NCBI GenBank assembly: GCA_036676985.1
Contig: JAKFBU010000027.1
Coordinates: forward strand, 224,001-288,000
DNA from: Candidatus Sericytochromatia bacterium
GTDB lineage: Bacteria > Cyanobacteriota > Sericytochromatia > S15B-MN24 > UBA4093
Direction of reading: 5' to 3'
Length of the DNA: 64,000 nt
Within the stretch, counting starts at the first letter, position 1, and the number at the start of each line of letters is the position of its first letter. This document shows, one piece after another, positions 39,652 to 48,975 of this stretch. A program made the position numbers and the translations under genes. Below the pieces are notes generated by a model, which worked only from the letters and a program-made list of their open reading frames with translations, was not told the origin of the DNA and did not search any database.

Positions 39652-39787
39652 GGGGCGGACTCCGGGGCTCGGGCGACAACGCTCCAGCCTAAGGCCTATC
39701 GCCTGGGGCGACAAGGGCAAGGCCGCCAACGCCGGAACGCCCGACCCGGCAGGCGAACCTACGGGGTCGGGCGTTTCGGGGGCGGGG

Positions 39788-40051
39788 CTACGCCCGGATC
39801 TTGGTGAAGCAGGGGCGACAGTAGACCGGCTTGCCGTTGGTCGGCTCGAAGGGCAGGGTGGTCGCCGCCTGGCAGGCGCTGCAGATGGCCGGGTAGTCCG
39901 GCCGCGAGCTGAAGCGGCCCACACCGCCCAGCGACGGCGCCTCGGGAGCGCGGGAGCGGGAAGCGGAGGGCTTCTTCTTCCGCTTCTTGTATTTCATGGC
40001 GTACTCCTCGTTCCGCCGGATCTTCTCGAGCTTGGTCTTGTTCTTGCCCAA
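39788..40051 (-). CDS. CxxC-x17-CxxC domain protein with basic N-terminus
   Basis: AICSACQAATTLPFEPTNGKPVYCRPCF; AGGAGG RBS before TTG. Confidence 0.85.
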   Translation of the reverse strand: MGKNKTKLEKIRRNEEYAMKYKKRKKKPSASRSRAPEAPSLGGVGRFSSRPDYPAICSACQAATTLPFEPTNGKPVYCRPCFTKIRA

Positions 40052-40256
40052 AACGACCTCCTGCTGTGCTGTGGTGGCACCCCATCAACAGGAGCATCCT
40101 AAGCCGATCCGGCGAACGGTCCGTAGTGGCCGGCGGCCAAGATCATCGGCAGTATTGCCGAAGTTTGTTAAATATTATTACGAGTTAGCGTTTCCATATC
40201 AATAGCATCACCCCCGGCTCGAGGATCGAGCCGGGGGTGGCAAAGGGGGCGACGGG

Positions 40257-40721
40257 CTAGGTGGTGAGGCGATCCTTGAGGGCCCGGCGCAGGAGGGAGC
40301 GTTGCTTGCGGAGGCTGTCGAGGGCCGACTTCAGCTCATCGGTGGAGTGGGTCTGGAGCAGCTCGGTCACCTTGATCTTGCTCGAATGGCGGTTTTCCAG
40401 CTTGGTGATCCGCTCGTCGAGGCGTGCGATGCGCTCCATCATCGAGTCGTGCAGGCGATCGCGCTTTTCCTTGAGCTCCTGCAGGATCTCGACCGGGCTG
40501 CGGCGGTTACGGCGCCCGGCGGCAGCCTTGGCGGTCTTCGCCGCCTTCTCCATCACGCCGGCCTTGCCCTTGGTGGGGGTCGAGGTCGCCTTGCCCTTGG
40601 CGGGCGCAGGGGACTTGGTCGCGGTCGCCTTGGGAGTCGCCACCTTGACCGATCCGTTCGCCGAGGCGCGGCGAGACGACTTCTTCTGAGCCGGCTTGGT
40701 CAACAGCTGGGGCATGAGCAC
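40257..40721 (-). CDS. basic Lys/Ala/Pro-rich + coiled-coil protein (candidate nucleoid-associated)
   Basis: histone-H1-like N-half, helical C-half, GGAGGAG RBS, downstream hairpin 40209-40239. Confidence 0.75.
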   Translation of the reverse strand: MLMPQLLTKPAQKKSSRRASANGSVKVATPKATATKSPAPAKGKATSTPTKGKAGVMEKAAKTAKAAAGRRNRRSPVEILQELKEKRDRLHDSMMERIARLDERITKLENRHSSKIKVTELLQTHSTDELKSALDSLRKQRSLLRRALKDRLTT

Positions 40722-40909
40722 TCCTCCATCATGTCAGCGAATCCTGGCCGTCCGTGGGCGGCATCCGCTGGAACGTCGTAAAGCTTGTTTGCTGAATGTA
40801 ACAAATGTTTAAGCGACTGACAACTCCCCGACCGGCCTCGACGGCGCTTTTTTTCATGGGAAACGTCCCGGCCTGCTCGCGCGGGCCGGGACGTTTCGAA
40901 GGGGGGAGG

Positions 40910-42289
40910 CTACTTCAGGGCGGCGAGGAACTCGTCCCACTGGGTCTTGGCGGCAAACGAGGTGTCCTTGTAGACGGGATCGACCTGGCCCTTGAGCGGC
41001 AGGTAGATCGAGAGGCCGCGGGGCACCTTCTTCTCCTCGCGGGCGCTGCGGGACATGAGGATGGCCCCGCGGCCGTTCTTGAAGAGGGCGTCGTCGACGC
41101 GCTGGCAGGCGGCCTGGACGCGGGCGTCGGGCACGCGCAGCTTGAGCTGGTCGGCGACCTCGTTGAGGTCCCGGTGGTCGAAGTCCGTCTTGTCGTAGCC
41201 CGAGACCGAGAAGGGCTCGACCTGCTTGAGGGAGAGCTGGATGGCGCTCTTGTACTGGGGCATGGCCGCCATGAGGGCGCGCGCCAGCTCGTCGACGGCC
41301 GAGGCCACGTCGTCGGCCTTGGAGAGGTCGATGGCCGACAGCGTGAAGAAGCGCTTGTCGTCGCCCTTGCGGTTGGCCTTGAGCACCAGGGTGCGGCCCA
41401 TGGCCGCCGCGTCCTGGACGGGCTTCTTGGCGAGCTCGGCGAGGGTCTTGTCGTAGTCCATGCCGAGCGGGTAGGAGGCATCCTCGCTCGCGACCATGAC
41501 CTTGGCGGCGTCCTTGAGCTCGTAGGCGACCTCGGCGGTGGCCATCAGGCAGGCGTCGAAGGAGACGAGGTCCAGCTTGCGGCCGCCCGAGCCGCCCTTG
41601 AGGGCCTGGGCGAGCTGCGGCAGGCGGATGATGGAGGCGGCCATGTCGTCCTGGGCGATGCCGTAGTAGCCGCCGCCGTGGCTGTTGATGTCGAGCCAGC
41701 GGAACTGACCGGGGTAGTCCCCGAAGCCCCACTTGACCGCACGGCGCAGGATCTCGGGCGAGCCCGTGTTCATGTCGCCGCGCTTGTCGGCGGGCACGTA
41801 GGGGCTCGTGACGGCCGCGGGCTTGGCATCCTGGCGGACGTAGTAGCGGTAGGTGTTCCGGGGACCGAAGTCGTCGGTATAGGCGAGCACGTTGACGTTC
41901 TGGCTGGAGCCCGCCTTCTCGAGGGTGTTCAGGTGGTCGGAGAGGGTCGTGCCCAGGTTGTTCTCGAGGGCCTTGTAGGTGAGGAAGGTGACGGGCTTGG
42001 TCTTGCCGACGGTGGGCAACTGCTTGACGAGGGTGCCCTGGGCCGTCTCCTGGAGCCTGGCCTTGGTGATCTGCTGCTCGATCTCGGGGTAGTCCGCGAG
42101 CGCCTCGAGGCTGTCGCCGGCTCCCATGGGGAGCGGCCCCCCGGCCAGACCGCAACCGGTCAGGGCGTAGAGGCTGATGAGAGCGCCCGACAAAACTGTT
42201 CTTTCAAGCCGCCGGATGGCGGCCATAGGCTTCACATGCCTGGTTTTGTTGGGTGCTCTCAAGGCCAGTAGTCCAAGGCGTCGAGCCAT
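40910..42289 (-). CDS. clostripain-family (C11) cysteine peptidase lipoprotein with an in-frame repeat insertion in its signal peptide
   Basis: ENNL, DINSHGGG, SFDACLMA, lipobox LTGC. Confidence 0.92.
   Translation of the reverse strand: MARRLGLLALRAPNKTRHVKPMAAIRRLERTVLSGALISLYALTGCGLAGGPLPMGAGDSLEALADYPEIEQQITKARLQETAQGTLVKQLPTVGKTKPVTFLTYKALENNLGTTLSDHLNTLEKAGSSQNVNVLAYTDDFGPRNTYRYYVRQDAKPAAVTSPYVPADKRGDMNTGSPEILRRAVKWGFGDYPGQFRWLDINSHGGGYYGIAQDDMAASIIRLPQLAQALKGGSGGRKLDLVSFDACLMATAEVAYELKDAAKVMVASEDASYPLGMDYDKTLAELAKKPVQDAAAMGRTLVLKANRKGDDKRFFTLSAIDLSKADDVASAVDELARALMAAMPQYKSAIQLSLKQVEPFSVSGYDKTDFDHRDLNEVADQLKLRVPDARVQAACQRVDDALFKNGRGAILMSRSAREEKKVPRGLSIYLPLKGQVDPVYKDTSFAAKTQWDEFLAALK
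42180..42259 (-). repeat. 80-bp palindromic miniature element, copy 2 (in frame within a CDS)
   Basis: AGAGCACCCAACAAAAC ... GTTTTGTCGGGCGCTCT on the minus strand. Confidence 0.9.
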
Positions 42290-42348
42290 CCGTCACTCCC
42301 GGGAAAGTAAGAAGAGAGGTCCCCGTGCCGGGGACCTCTCGGCGAGGG

Positions 42349-43233
42349 TTACTGCTCCGAGCGGTAGTCGCCGGTCCAGATGTCGCGGGCCGTGCTCTCG
42401 AAGACCTCGTAAGGCATGTGGAAGTAGCCGCTGTCGCCCCAGGCGTCACCCCACGAGTTGCGGACCGTCACGATCTGCTTCTGGTTGTCGTAGCCGACCG
42501 CGAGGACCGCGTGGCCGCCCAGGCGCTTCTCGCCGGCCTTGGGAACGGGCATCATGCCGTCCTTGCCGATGCTGCGGAAGCTCTCCATGACGTCGTAGGC
42601 GAAGAGGACGGGCATGCCCTTGGAGAGCGCGACCTTGGTGTCCTCGAGGCCGTTGATGCGGATGAACTGGTCGTACTTGAACTCCTTGGCCGTGTCGTAG
42701 GCGGCGGCAGGAGGCGTGAACGAGAACTTGGTGATGTCGTAGGCCCAGCTCTCCTCGGTGGCGATGCCGGTGCGGGAGACGACCTCGACGTTGTCGGTGT
42801 TGGTGGAGCCGGAGTCGCGGCCCTTGTCCCAGCGCGATTCGTAGTAGAGGAAGAGGGCCGACAGGGGCACCTGGCGCTCGCCGTCCTTGCGGATCATGTA
42901 CTCGCGGAAGCCCTTGCCCATGGCGAAGGCGGTGCAGGCGCCGAGCTTGCCCTGGTTGGCGACGGGCGAGCAGTACTGGCGGTTGTCCATCTTCACGGGC
43001 AGGAGGGTCTGGCGGGGCAGCTTGGTGACCTTGTGCTTGTTGGCGACCTTCTGGTAGCGGGTGTCGCTGAAGCCGAGCACGAACTCCTGACCGCCCTTGG
43101 TCTTGATCGAGGGCAGCTCCTCGACGTCGGACGGCATGCGGGCGGTGACGCCGGAGGCTCCGCAACCGACCACGGAGGCCACGACGCTCGCGAGGATGGC
43201 AACCGGCAGGACCCGCTTCAACTTCTTCGACAC
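42349..43233 (-). CDS. papain-family (C1A) cysteine peptidase lipoprotein
   Basis: lipobox VVGC, NQGKLGACTAFA, GHAVLAVGYD, RNSWG. Confidence 0.95.
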   Translation of the reverse strand: MSKKLKRVLPVAILASVVASVVGCGASGVTARMPSDVEELPSIKTKGGQEFVLGFSDTRYQKVANKHKVTKLPRQTLLPVKMDNRQYCSPVANQGKLGACTAFAMGKGFREYMIRKDGERQVPLSALFLYYESRWDKGRDSGSTNTDNVEVVSRTGIATEESWAYDITKFSFTPPAAAYDTAKEFKYDQFIRINGLEDTKVALSKGMPVLFAYDVMESFRSIGKDGMMPVPKAGEKRLGGHAVLAVGYDNQKQIVTVRNSWGDAWGDSGYFHMPYEVFESTARDIWTGDYRSEQ

Positions 43234-43400
43234 GCTTCGCTCACTTTCTCAGATCGACGACCGCACTTGTTAGGGGGGTTATCGGGCGGTGGGCGGGGCG
43301 AGTCGGTTATATGAAGGCGAAGGATGGCTTAAGTTACGGTTAATTTACACCCGGAGGGGAGTTAACCGTTTTGAGGGGCTCGTACCGGAGGGCACTGCTC

Positions 43401-43508
43401 TGGACCCCCGCTTGCGCGAGGGTGACGGACCGGTCACTAACGCTCGAATAGCATTCACATGAAGACCTGAGTTGGCGCTCCCGTCACCCTCGCGCAAGCG
43501 GGGGTCCA
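43401..43508. repeat. REP doublet (REPIN-like): perfect 28-bp inverted repeat with 52-bp spacer
   Basis: TGGACCCCCGCTTGCGCGAGGGTGACGG / CCGTCACCCTCGCGCAAGCGGGGGTCCA. Confidence 0.88.
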
Positions 43509-43536
43509 CCGTCGCCCCATGAGGTGGCGTCAGGTG

Positions 43537-44223
43537 CTAGGCAGAAGCCAGCGTCCGCCCGTACGCACACGCCGTAGCAAGCGGGCACTCCCCGCAGCGC
43601 GGGGCCTGCGGGTGGCAGAAGTGGTGGCCCAGCCCGTCGATGAGGGCGTGGTACTCGTTGAAGAGCGGCACGTCCGCCTCCAGGCGCTCCATGAAGAACC
43701 GGCGCATGGGCTCGTAGCCGATGCGCTCGTGAAAGTACCCGAGGCGGCTGAAGATGCGCCGGGTGTAGGCGTCCACCACGAAGCTCGGGTGCTCGGCCGC
43801 GTACAGGAGGATGCAGTCCACCGTCTCCGGCCCCAGGCCATGCACGGCCAAGAGCTCCGGCCGCAGCTCGGCCATGGGCCGCGCGAAGAGCCGGGCCAGC
43901 TCCCCGTCGTAGCGCTCGACCACATGCGCTGCGAGCGACTTGAGCTTCCGGGCCTTGGCCTTGAAGAAGCGCGACGGGCGGATGAGCGTCTCCAGCACCT
44001 CGTCCGGGGCCGTGTGGAGGGCATGCCAGTCCATCATCCCCGCCGCCTTGAGCTGCGCGAGGCACTTCTCCACGTTGCGCCAGGCCACCGACTGGGTGAG
44101 CAGAGCCCCCACCATCATCTCGGTGGCGGACTCCGCCGGCCACCAGCCGCGCGGGCCGAAGTGGGCGAAGAGGCGCTCGTAGAGCGCATGCAAATCGGTT
44201 GAACGGGCGTCTTGCAAAATCAC
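43537..44223 (-). CDS. endonuclease III-related HhH-GPD DNA glycosylase with FCL Fe-S motif
   Basis: WWPAE, ALLTQ, GLGPETVDCILLYA, VVDAYTRR, C..QAPRCGECPLATAC. Confidence 0.92.
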   Translation of the reverse strand: MILQDARSTDLHALYERLFAHFGPRGWWPAESATEMMVGALLTQSVAWRNVEKCLAQLKAAGMMDWHALHTAPDEVLETLIRPSRFFKAKARKLKSLAAHVVERYDGELARLFARPMAELRPELLAVHGLGPETVDCILLYAAEHPSFVVDAYTRRIFSRLGYFHERIGYEPMRRFFMERLEADVPLFNEYHALIDGLGHHFCHPQAPRCGECPLATACAYGRTLASA

Positions 44224-44370
44224 GAAGGCAGTATACCAGGCGATGACCGGAGTCACACCGGACGAGTGACCTTCGTCGAAGAACACATGGCCGTAACAAA
44301 CGATCAATCGAGGGTTCAGGCCCGCGGGACATAAGAGGATCAGGCGAGGGTTATCCAAAGGAGGTGCAAG

Positions 44371-44517
44371 ATGGTGGTTTACGTCCTCGGGTTCGTCGCC
44401 CTGAGCGTGATCAGCAACGGCGCCCTCATGTGGCTGGTCCGCCGGGCCCCCGTCGTCGAGGGCCGCCCGCGCGCCCACATGATGCCCAAGCCGCCGGAGC
44501 TTCCCCTCGTGGGCTAG
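44371..44517 (+). CDS. 48-aa single-TM small protein (not in the ORF track)
   Basis: AAAGGAGGT RBS, MVVYVLGFVALSVISNGALMWLVRR..., terminator hairpin at about 44545-44570. Confidence 0.65.
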   Translation: MVVYVLGFVALSVISNGALMWLVRRAPVVEGRPRAHMMPKPPELPLVG

Positions 44518-44711
44518 CCCCAAGCGTCCTCATCCCCCGCTTCGACCCGCCCTCTGGGGCGGGTTTTCCTTGTCGAACGCCCGCCCCTTGTCAACATATC
44601 AACGTGAACCTGGCCCGATCCCACGGCTGGAGCGGAGTCGGCATCCCGTCTATCACACGTTGATTTGCTTCCGTAGACACCGCGTCCGGCGATGGTTTAG
44701 GCTCCATGCAT

Positions 44712-44725
44712 CGAACAAGTGTTCT
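44712..44725 (+). promoter_or_regulatory. SOS (LexA) box, Gram-positive type
   Basis: CGAAC-AAGT-GTTCT 20 bp upstream of the dnaE2 start. Confidence 0.8.
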
Positions 44726-44745
44726 AACGCTTCGGAGGCCGACCC

Positions 44746-47700
44746 ATGAGCCAGCTTGTCCACCTGCAAACCCACTCCGTCTACTCGCTCCGCCGCAGCC
44801 TGCTCGGGATCGACGCCCTGGTGGCGGCCGTCGCCGAACGCGGACACCGGGCCGTCGCCCTCACGGACGTCGACGGCGTCTATGGCATGGTCCCCTTCGT
44901 CAAGGCCGCCCGCTCTGCCGGCGTGAAGCCCATCGTCGGCGCGGAGCTGACGCTCGACGTACCGGGCCTCGTGGCCGACAAGCCCCACCGCGTCACCCTC
45001 CTCGCTCGCGACGCCCGGGGCTACTCCAACCTCTCGCGGCTCGTCAGCCGCTTCCACCTGACGGACCGTGTGGGCGTCGGGCTCGCCGACCTCGCCGCCC
45101 ATGCCCGGGGGCTCACGCTCCTGACCGGCGGCCAGCACGGTGCGCTTCCCCGCATGCAGGCGACCATGGGGCCTGATGCCGCCCTGAAGCTCCTGGGCGA
45201 CTGGAAGGACGCCTTCGGCCCCGAGCACTGCCACGTGCAGCTCGGGCCCTGGTGGCCCGCCTCACGCCTCCTCGAGCTCGCCGACAAGGCGGGCCTCGGC
45301 GTGGTCGCGGCCCAGGAGGCATGCTACCTCCGGCCCGAGGAGGAGGAGACCTGGAAGCTCTTGCAGGCGGGCCACGGCCTGGGCCACCCGGCGCCGGGGC
45401 CGCGCCACCTCGCGACCGACGCGGAGCTCCTCAGGGCCTGGAAGGAGGTCCCCCGGGCGATCGCGGCCATGGGGGCGATCGCCGAGACCTGCCGTTACGA
45501 GCCCGTGTTCGGCGTGCCGCGCCTGCCCGAGTACCGGGGCATCGAGGGGCTCTCGAACCCGGACTACCTGCGTAGGCTCTGCGCGGAGGGCCTCGAGCGC
45601 CGCTACGCGGGCCGCCCCCTCCACGCCGAGGCAAGAGAGCGCATGCAGTACGAGCTCTCCGTCATCGAGCAGATGGGCTTCGTGGACTACTTCCTCATCG
45701 CCTGGGACATCGTGCGCTTCGCCCGGAGCCGGGGGATCCCCTACATCCCCCGCGGGAGCGCGGCGGGCAGCCTCGTCCTCCACCTCTTGGACGTGACCTC
45801 CATCTGCCCTTTGGAGCACACGCTCTGCTTCGAGCGCTTCCTGCATGTGGAGCGCAAGGCCCTGCCCGACATCGACATGGACTTCGACTGGGAGCGCCGG
45901 GACGAGCTCATCGACTACTGCTTCTCGATCTACGGCGAGGACCATGTGGCCCGCATCGCCACCCACCAGCACCACGGCCCGCGCGGGGCCATTCGCCTGG
46001 CGGGTGCGGCCCATGGCCTCGAAGAGGAGACGGTGGGCAAGCTCGCCCGCAAGATGCCCTGGTCGGGGCCGGTCGCGAGCGCTCCGGATATCCAGGGTCT
46101 GCCCCTGCACAAGGAGCCCTACAAGAGCCTGATCGCCACCGCCGACTCCTTCCAGGGGCTGCCCGATCACCTGAGCCTGCACCCCTGCGGAATCGTCATC
46201 AGCCGCGAGCCCCTCACCGAGGTCGTCCCCCTCGAGGCCTCGGCCATGGGGCCCATCGTCACTCAGTTCGAGATGCACGGGGTCGAGGAGGTGGGCCTCC
46301 TCAAGATGGACCTCCTGTGCAACCGCAACCTACGCATCCTTGCGGACGTGGTGGCCCTGGTCGAACAAAGGCACGGCATCCGCCTGGTGCCCGACGAGCT
46401 CCCTCTGGACGACGCGCGGGCCTTCGAGCTCATCCGCACCGGGCGCACGCTCGGCATCTACCAGCTCGAGTCGGGCGGCGTGCAGGGTCTCCTGCGCCAG
46501 TTCCTGCCGACGCATGTCGAGGACATCACGGCCATCACGAGCCTCTACCGCCCGGGGCCCATCGACGGGGGCATCACGCCCCGCTACGTGGCCAGGCGCC
46601 ACGGCCAGGAGCCCGTCACCTACCCGGACCCGTGCCTCGAGGGGGTCTTGAAGCACACCTACGGCCTCATCCTCTTCCAGGAGCAGTGCCTCCAGGTGAC
46701 CTCGGTGTACGCCGGCATGAGCATGGGCGCCTCGGACAACCTGCGCCGGGGGATCGCCAAGCGCATCCGCCCGGAGGTGGAGCGCATCAAGGCCCCCTTC
46801 TTCGAGGGTGCTGCACGGCTGGGGCGCGACCCCAGGTGCACCGAGGAGGTCTGGCGGTTGCTCGAGAGCTTCGCGGGCTACGGCTTCGTCAAGGCGCACG
46901 CGGCGTCGTGCGCGTCCTTGGCCGTGCGCGAGGCCTACATCAAGGCGCGCTGGCCCGTCGAGTACCTCGCCTGCGTGCTCTCCACGGGCATGGGCTACTA
47001 CCCGGCCCGGGTGTACGTCGAGGACGCCCGCCACTTCGGCGCCGAGATCGCCCTGCCGTGCGTGAACCGCTCGGGGGCGACCTACACCGTCGAGGGCGAG
47101 AACGTCCTGCGCGTCGGCCTCTCTTACCTGCATGGCATCGGCCCGGCCGGGGTGCGCGCGATCCTGGACGCCCGCGAGGCCGGGCCCTTCACGAGCCTCG
47201 CGGATCTCAAGCACCGCACGGGCCTCGCGCGCCCGGAACTGGAGACCTTGATCCGGCTGGGCGCCTGCGAGTGCTTCGGCCTGAGCCGCCCGGTCCTGTT
47301 GCGGGAGCTCTCGGGGCTCGGCAAGAGCACCCCACCGCCCGCCTCGCAGCTGAGGCTCTTCACGGAGGTGGACCGTCCGGCTCCCAAGGTGCCCGATCAC
47401 GGGGACTACCCGCTCGCCATGCGGCAGTCCATCGAGCGGGAGATGCTGGGGTTCACGGTCACGGTCCAGCCCCTGCCCCGGGAGGTGGGCAGCGTCTCCT
47501 TCGCCGAGGCCAAGGCGCTGCCGCGCAAGGCCCGGGTGAGCGTGGTGGCGGAGGTCGTCTCGCGCTTCGGCCACCGGACCAAGAAGGGCGAGCGCATGTC
47601 CTTCCTCACGCTCTCGGACGGCGTGGAGCACTGCCAGGCCGTGCTGTTCCCGGAGGCCTACCGCCGGCTGTCCGCGGCCTCGCGGCGGGGACCCGCCATG

Positions 47701-47790
47701 TTCTCGGGCGTGGTCGAGCAGGATCGCGGGGAGTTCCTGTTGGTCGTCAACGAGATCGAGGCCCTGAGCGATCGCTGGGGGGTGTCCTGA
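44746..47790 (+). CDS. dnaE2: accessory C-family DNA polymerase III alpha (DnaE2-like, SOS-inducible)
   Basis: PHP HLQTHSVYS, RGSAAGS, PDIDMD, YRPGP, GYGFVKAHA, OB fold, QLRLF clamp motif. Confidence 0.9.
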   Translation: MSQLVHLQTHSVYSLRRSLLGIDALVAAVAERGHRAVALTDVDGVYGMVPFVKAARSAGVKPIVGAELTLDVPGLVADKPHRVTLLARDARGYSNLSRLVSRFHLTDRVGVGLADLAAHARGLTLLTGGQHGALPRMQATMGPDAALKLLGDWKDAFGPEHCHVQLGPWWPASRLLELADKAGLGVVAAQEACYLRPEEEETWKLLQAGHGLGHPAPGPRHLATDAELLRAWKEVPRAIAAMGAIAETCRYEPVFGVPRLPEYRGIEGLSNPDYLRRLCAEGLERRYAGRPLHAEARERMQYELSVIEQMGFVDYFLIAWDIVRFARSRGIPYIPRGSAAGSLVLHLLDVTSICPLEHTLCFERFLHVERKALPDIDMDFDWERRDELIDYCFSIYGEDHVARIATHQHHGPRGAIRLAGAAHGLEEETVGKLARKMPWSGPVASAPDIQGLPLHKEPYKSLIATADSFQGLPDHLSLHPCGIVISREPLTEVVPLEASAMGPIVTQFEMHGVEEVGLLKMDLLCNRNLRILADVVALVEQRHGIRLVPDELPLDDARAFELIRTGRTLGIYQLESGGVQGLLRQFLPTHVEDITAITSLYRPGPIDGGITPRYVARRHGQEPVTYPDPCLEGVLKHTYGLILFQEQCLQVTSVYAGMSMGASDNLRRGIAKRIRPEVERIKAPFFEGAARLGRDPRCTEEVWRLLESFAGYGFVKAHAASCASLAVREAYIKARWPVEYLACVLSTGMGYYPARVYVEDARHFGAEIALPCVNRSGATYTVEGENVLRVGLSYLHGIGPAGVRAILDAREAGPFTSLADLKHRTGLARPELETLIRLGACECFGLSRPVLLRELSGLGKSTPPPASQLRLFTEVDRPAPKVPDHGDYPLAMRQSIEREMLGFTVTVQPLPREVGSVSFAEAKALPRKARVSVVAEVVSRFGHRTKKGERMSFLTLSDGVEHCQAVLFPEAYRRLSAASRRGPAMFSGVVEQDRGEFLLVVNEIEALSDRWGVS

Positions 47791-48971
47791 TGGCCCGGAG
47801 CATCATGCACGTGGACATGGATGCGTTCTTTGCCTCCATCGCGCAACTCGACAACCCGAGCCTCCGGGGCAAGCCCGTCATCGTGGGCGGCCACTCGATC
47901 AAGCGCGGGGTGGTGGCGAGTGCGAGCTACGAGGCGCGGGCCTTCGGCGTGCGCTCGGCCATGCCTCTCTACAAGGCCGTGGAGCTCTGCCCCCATGCCA
48001 TCCGGGTGACGGTCCGCATGGACCGCTACCGCGAGGTGAACCGCCAGCTCCAGGAGATCTGGGGGCGCTTCGCCCCCCTGGTCGAGCCCGTGGGCTTCGA
48101 CGAGGCCTACCTCGACATGACGGGCACCGAGGCCCTCCTCGGCCCGCCCGAGCAGGTGGCCTACGCCATCCGGGCGGCCATCCTCGCCGAGACGCAGCTC
48201 AGCGCCTCGGTGGGGGCCGGCAGCTCGAAGCTGCTGGCCAAGATCGCCTCGAAAGCGGCCAAGCCCTCGGGCGTCTGCGTCGTGCCCCAGGGCGAGGAGA
48301 TGGAGTGGCTGCACCCGCGCGACGTGGGGCTCATCCCGGGCGTCGGGCACCGCACCCGCGAGCGGCTGGAGGCCCTGAACATCCGCACCATCGGGCAGCT
48401 CGCCGACGAGAGCCTGGAGAAGCTCATCGAGGACTTCGGTGCGCAGGGAGCGGACCTCTACCTCATCGCCCAGGGCAAGGATCCCCGTCCAGTGACGCCT
48501 GGCGGGCCGCCCAAGAGCATCGGGGGCGAAGAGACCTTCGACGGCGACAGCGCGGATCCCGTCTACCTGCGCCGCCGCCTGCTCAAGATCGTCTGCGAAT
48601 TGGGCTACCGCCTGCGAAAGCAGGGCCTGACGGCCGCGACCGTCTCGGCCAAGCTGCGCTACGCCAAGACCTTCGAGACGCTCGAGCGGAGCCTGACATT
48701 GCTTGCGGCCTCGGACGACGACGACGTCTTCTACGAGACGGCCTGGAAGCTCCTGAAGGCGGGGTGGGACGGCAAGCGCCCCCTGCGGCTGGTGGGCGCC
48801 ACGCTCTCCAACTTCCAGCCGAACGCCCAGCTCACGCTGTTCTCCATGGGCAAGAGCCGGAACTCGACGGCCCTGCACCAGGCCCTGGACAACATCCGCG
48901 GGCGCTACGGCCTGGAGGCGGTGCAGCGAGGGGCGTTGGTGGGCGATCGCCGCGCCCGAAAGCGGAGGTAG
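47790..48971 (+). CDS. dinB: Y-family DNA polymerase IV
   Basis: HVDMDAFFAS, SYEARAFGVRSAMP, FDEAYLD, AKIAS..KP, QLTLF; TGATG coupling to dnaE2. Confidence 0.95.
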   Translation: MARSIMHVDMDAFFASIAQLDNPSLRGKPVIVGGHSIKRGVVASASYEARAFGVRSAMPLYKAVELCPHAIRVTVRMDRYREVNRQLQEIWGRFAPLVEPVGFDEAYLDMTGTEALLGPPEQVAYAIRAAILAETQLSASVGAGSSKLLAKIASKAAKPSGVCVVPQGEEMEWLHPRDVGLIPGVGHRTRERLEALNIRTIGQLADESLEKLIEDFGAQGADLYLIAQGKDPRPVTPGGPPKSIGGEETFDGDSADPVYLRRRLLKIVCELGYRLRKQGLTAATVSAKLRYAKTFETLERSLTLLAASDDDDVFYETAWKLLKAGWDGKRPLRLVGATLSNFQPNAQLTLFSMGKSRNSTALHQALDNIRGRYGLEAVQRGALVGDRRARKRR

Positions 48972-48975
48972 GAGC

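Noticed and set aside
46317-47789. N-terminal extension of DinB in the ORF track (884 aa)
   Set aside because: Shadow frame of dnaE2; DinB motifs start at ATG 47790, overlapping the dnaE2 stop.
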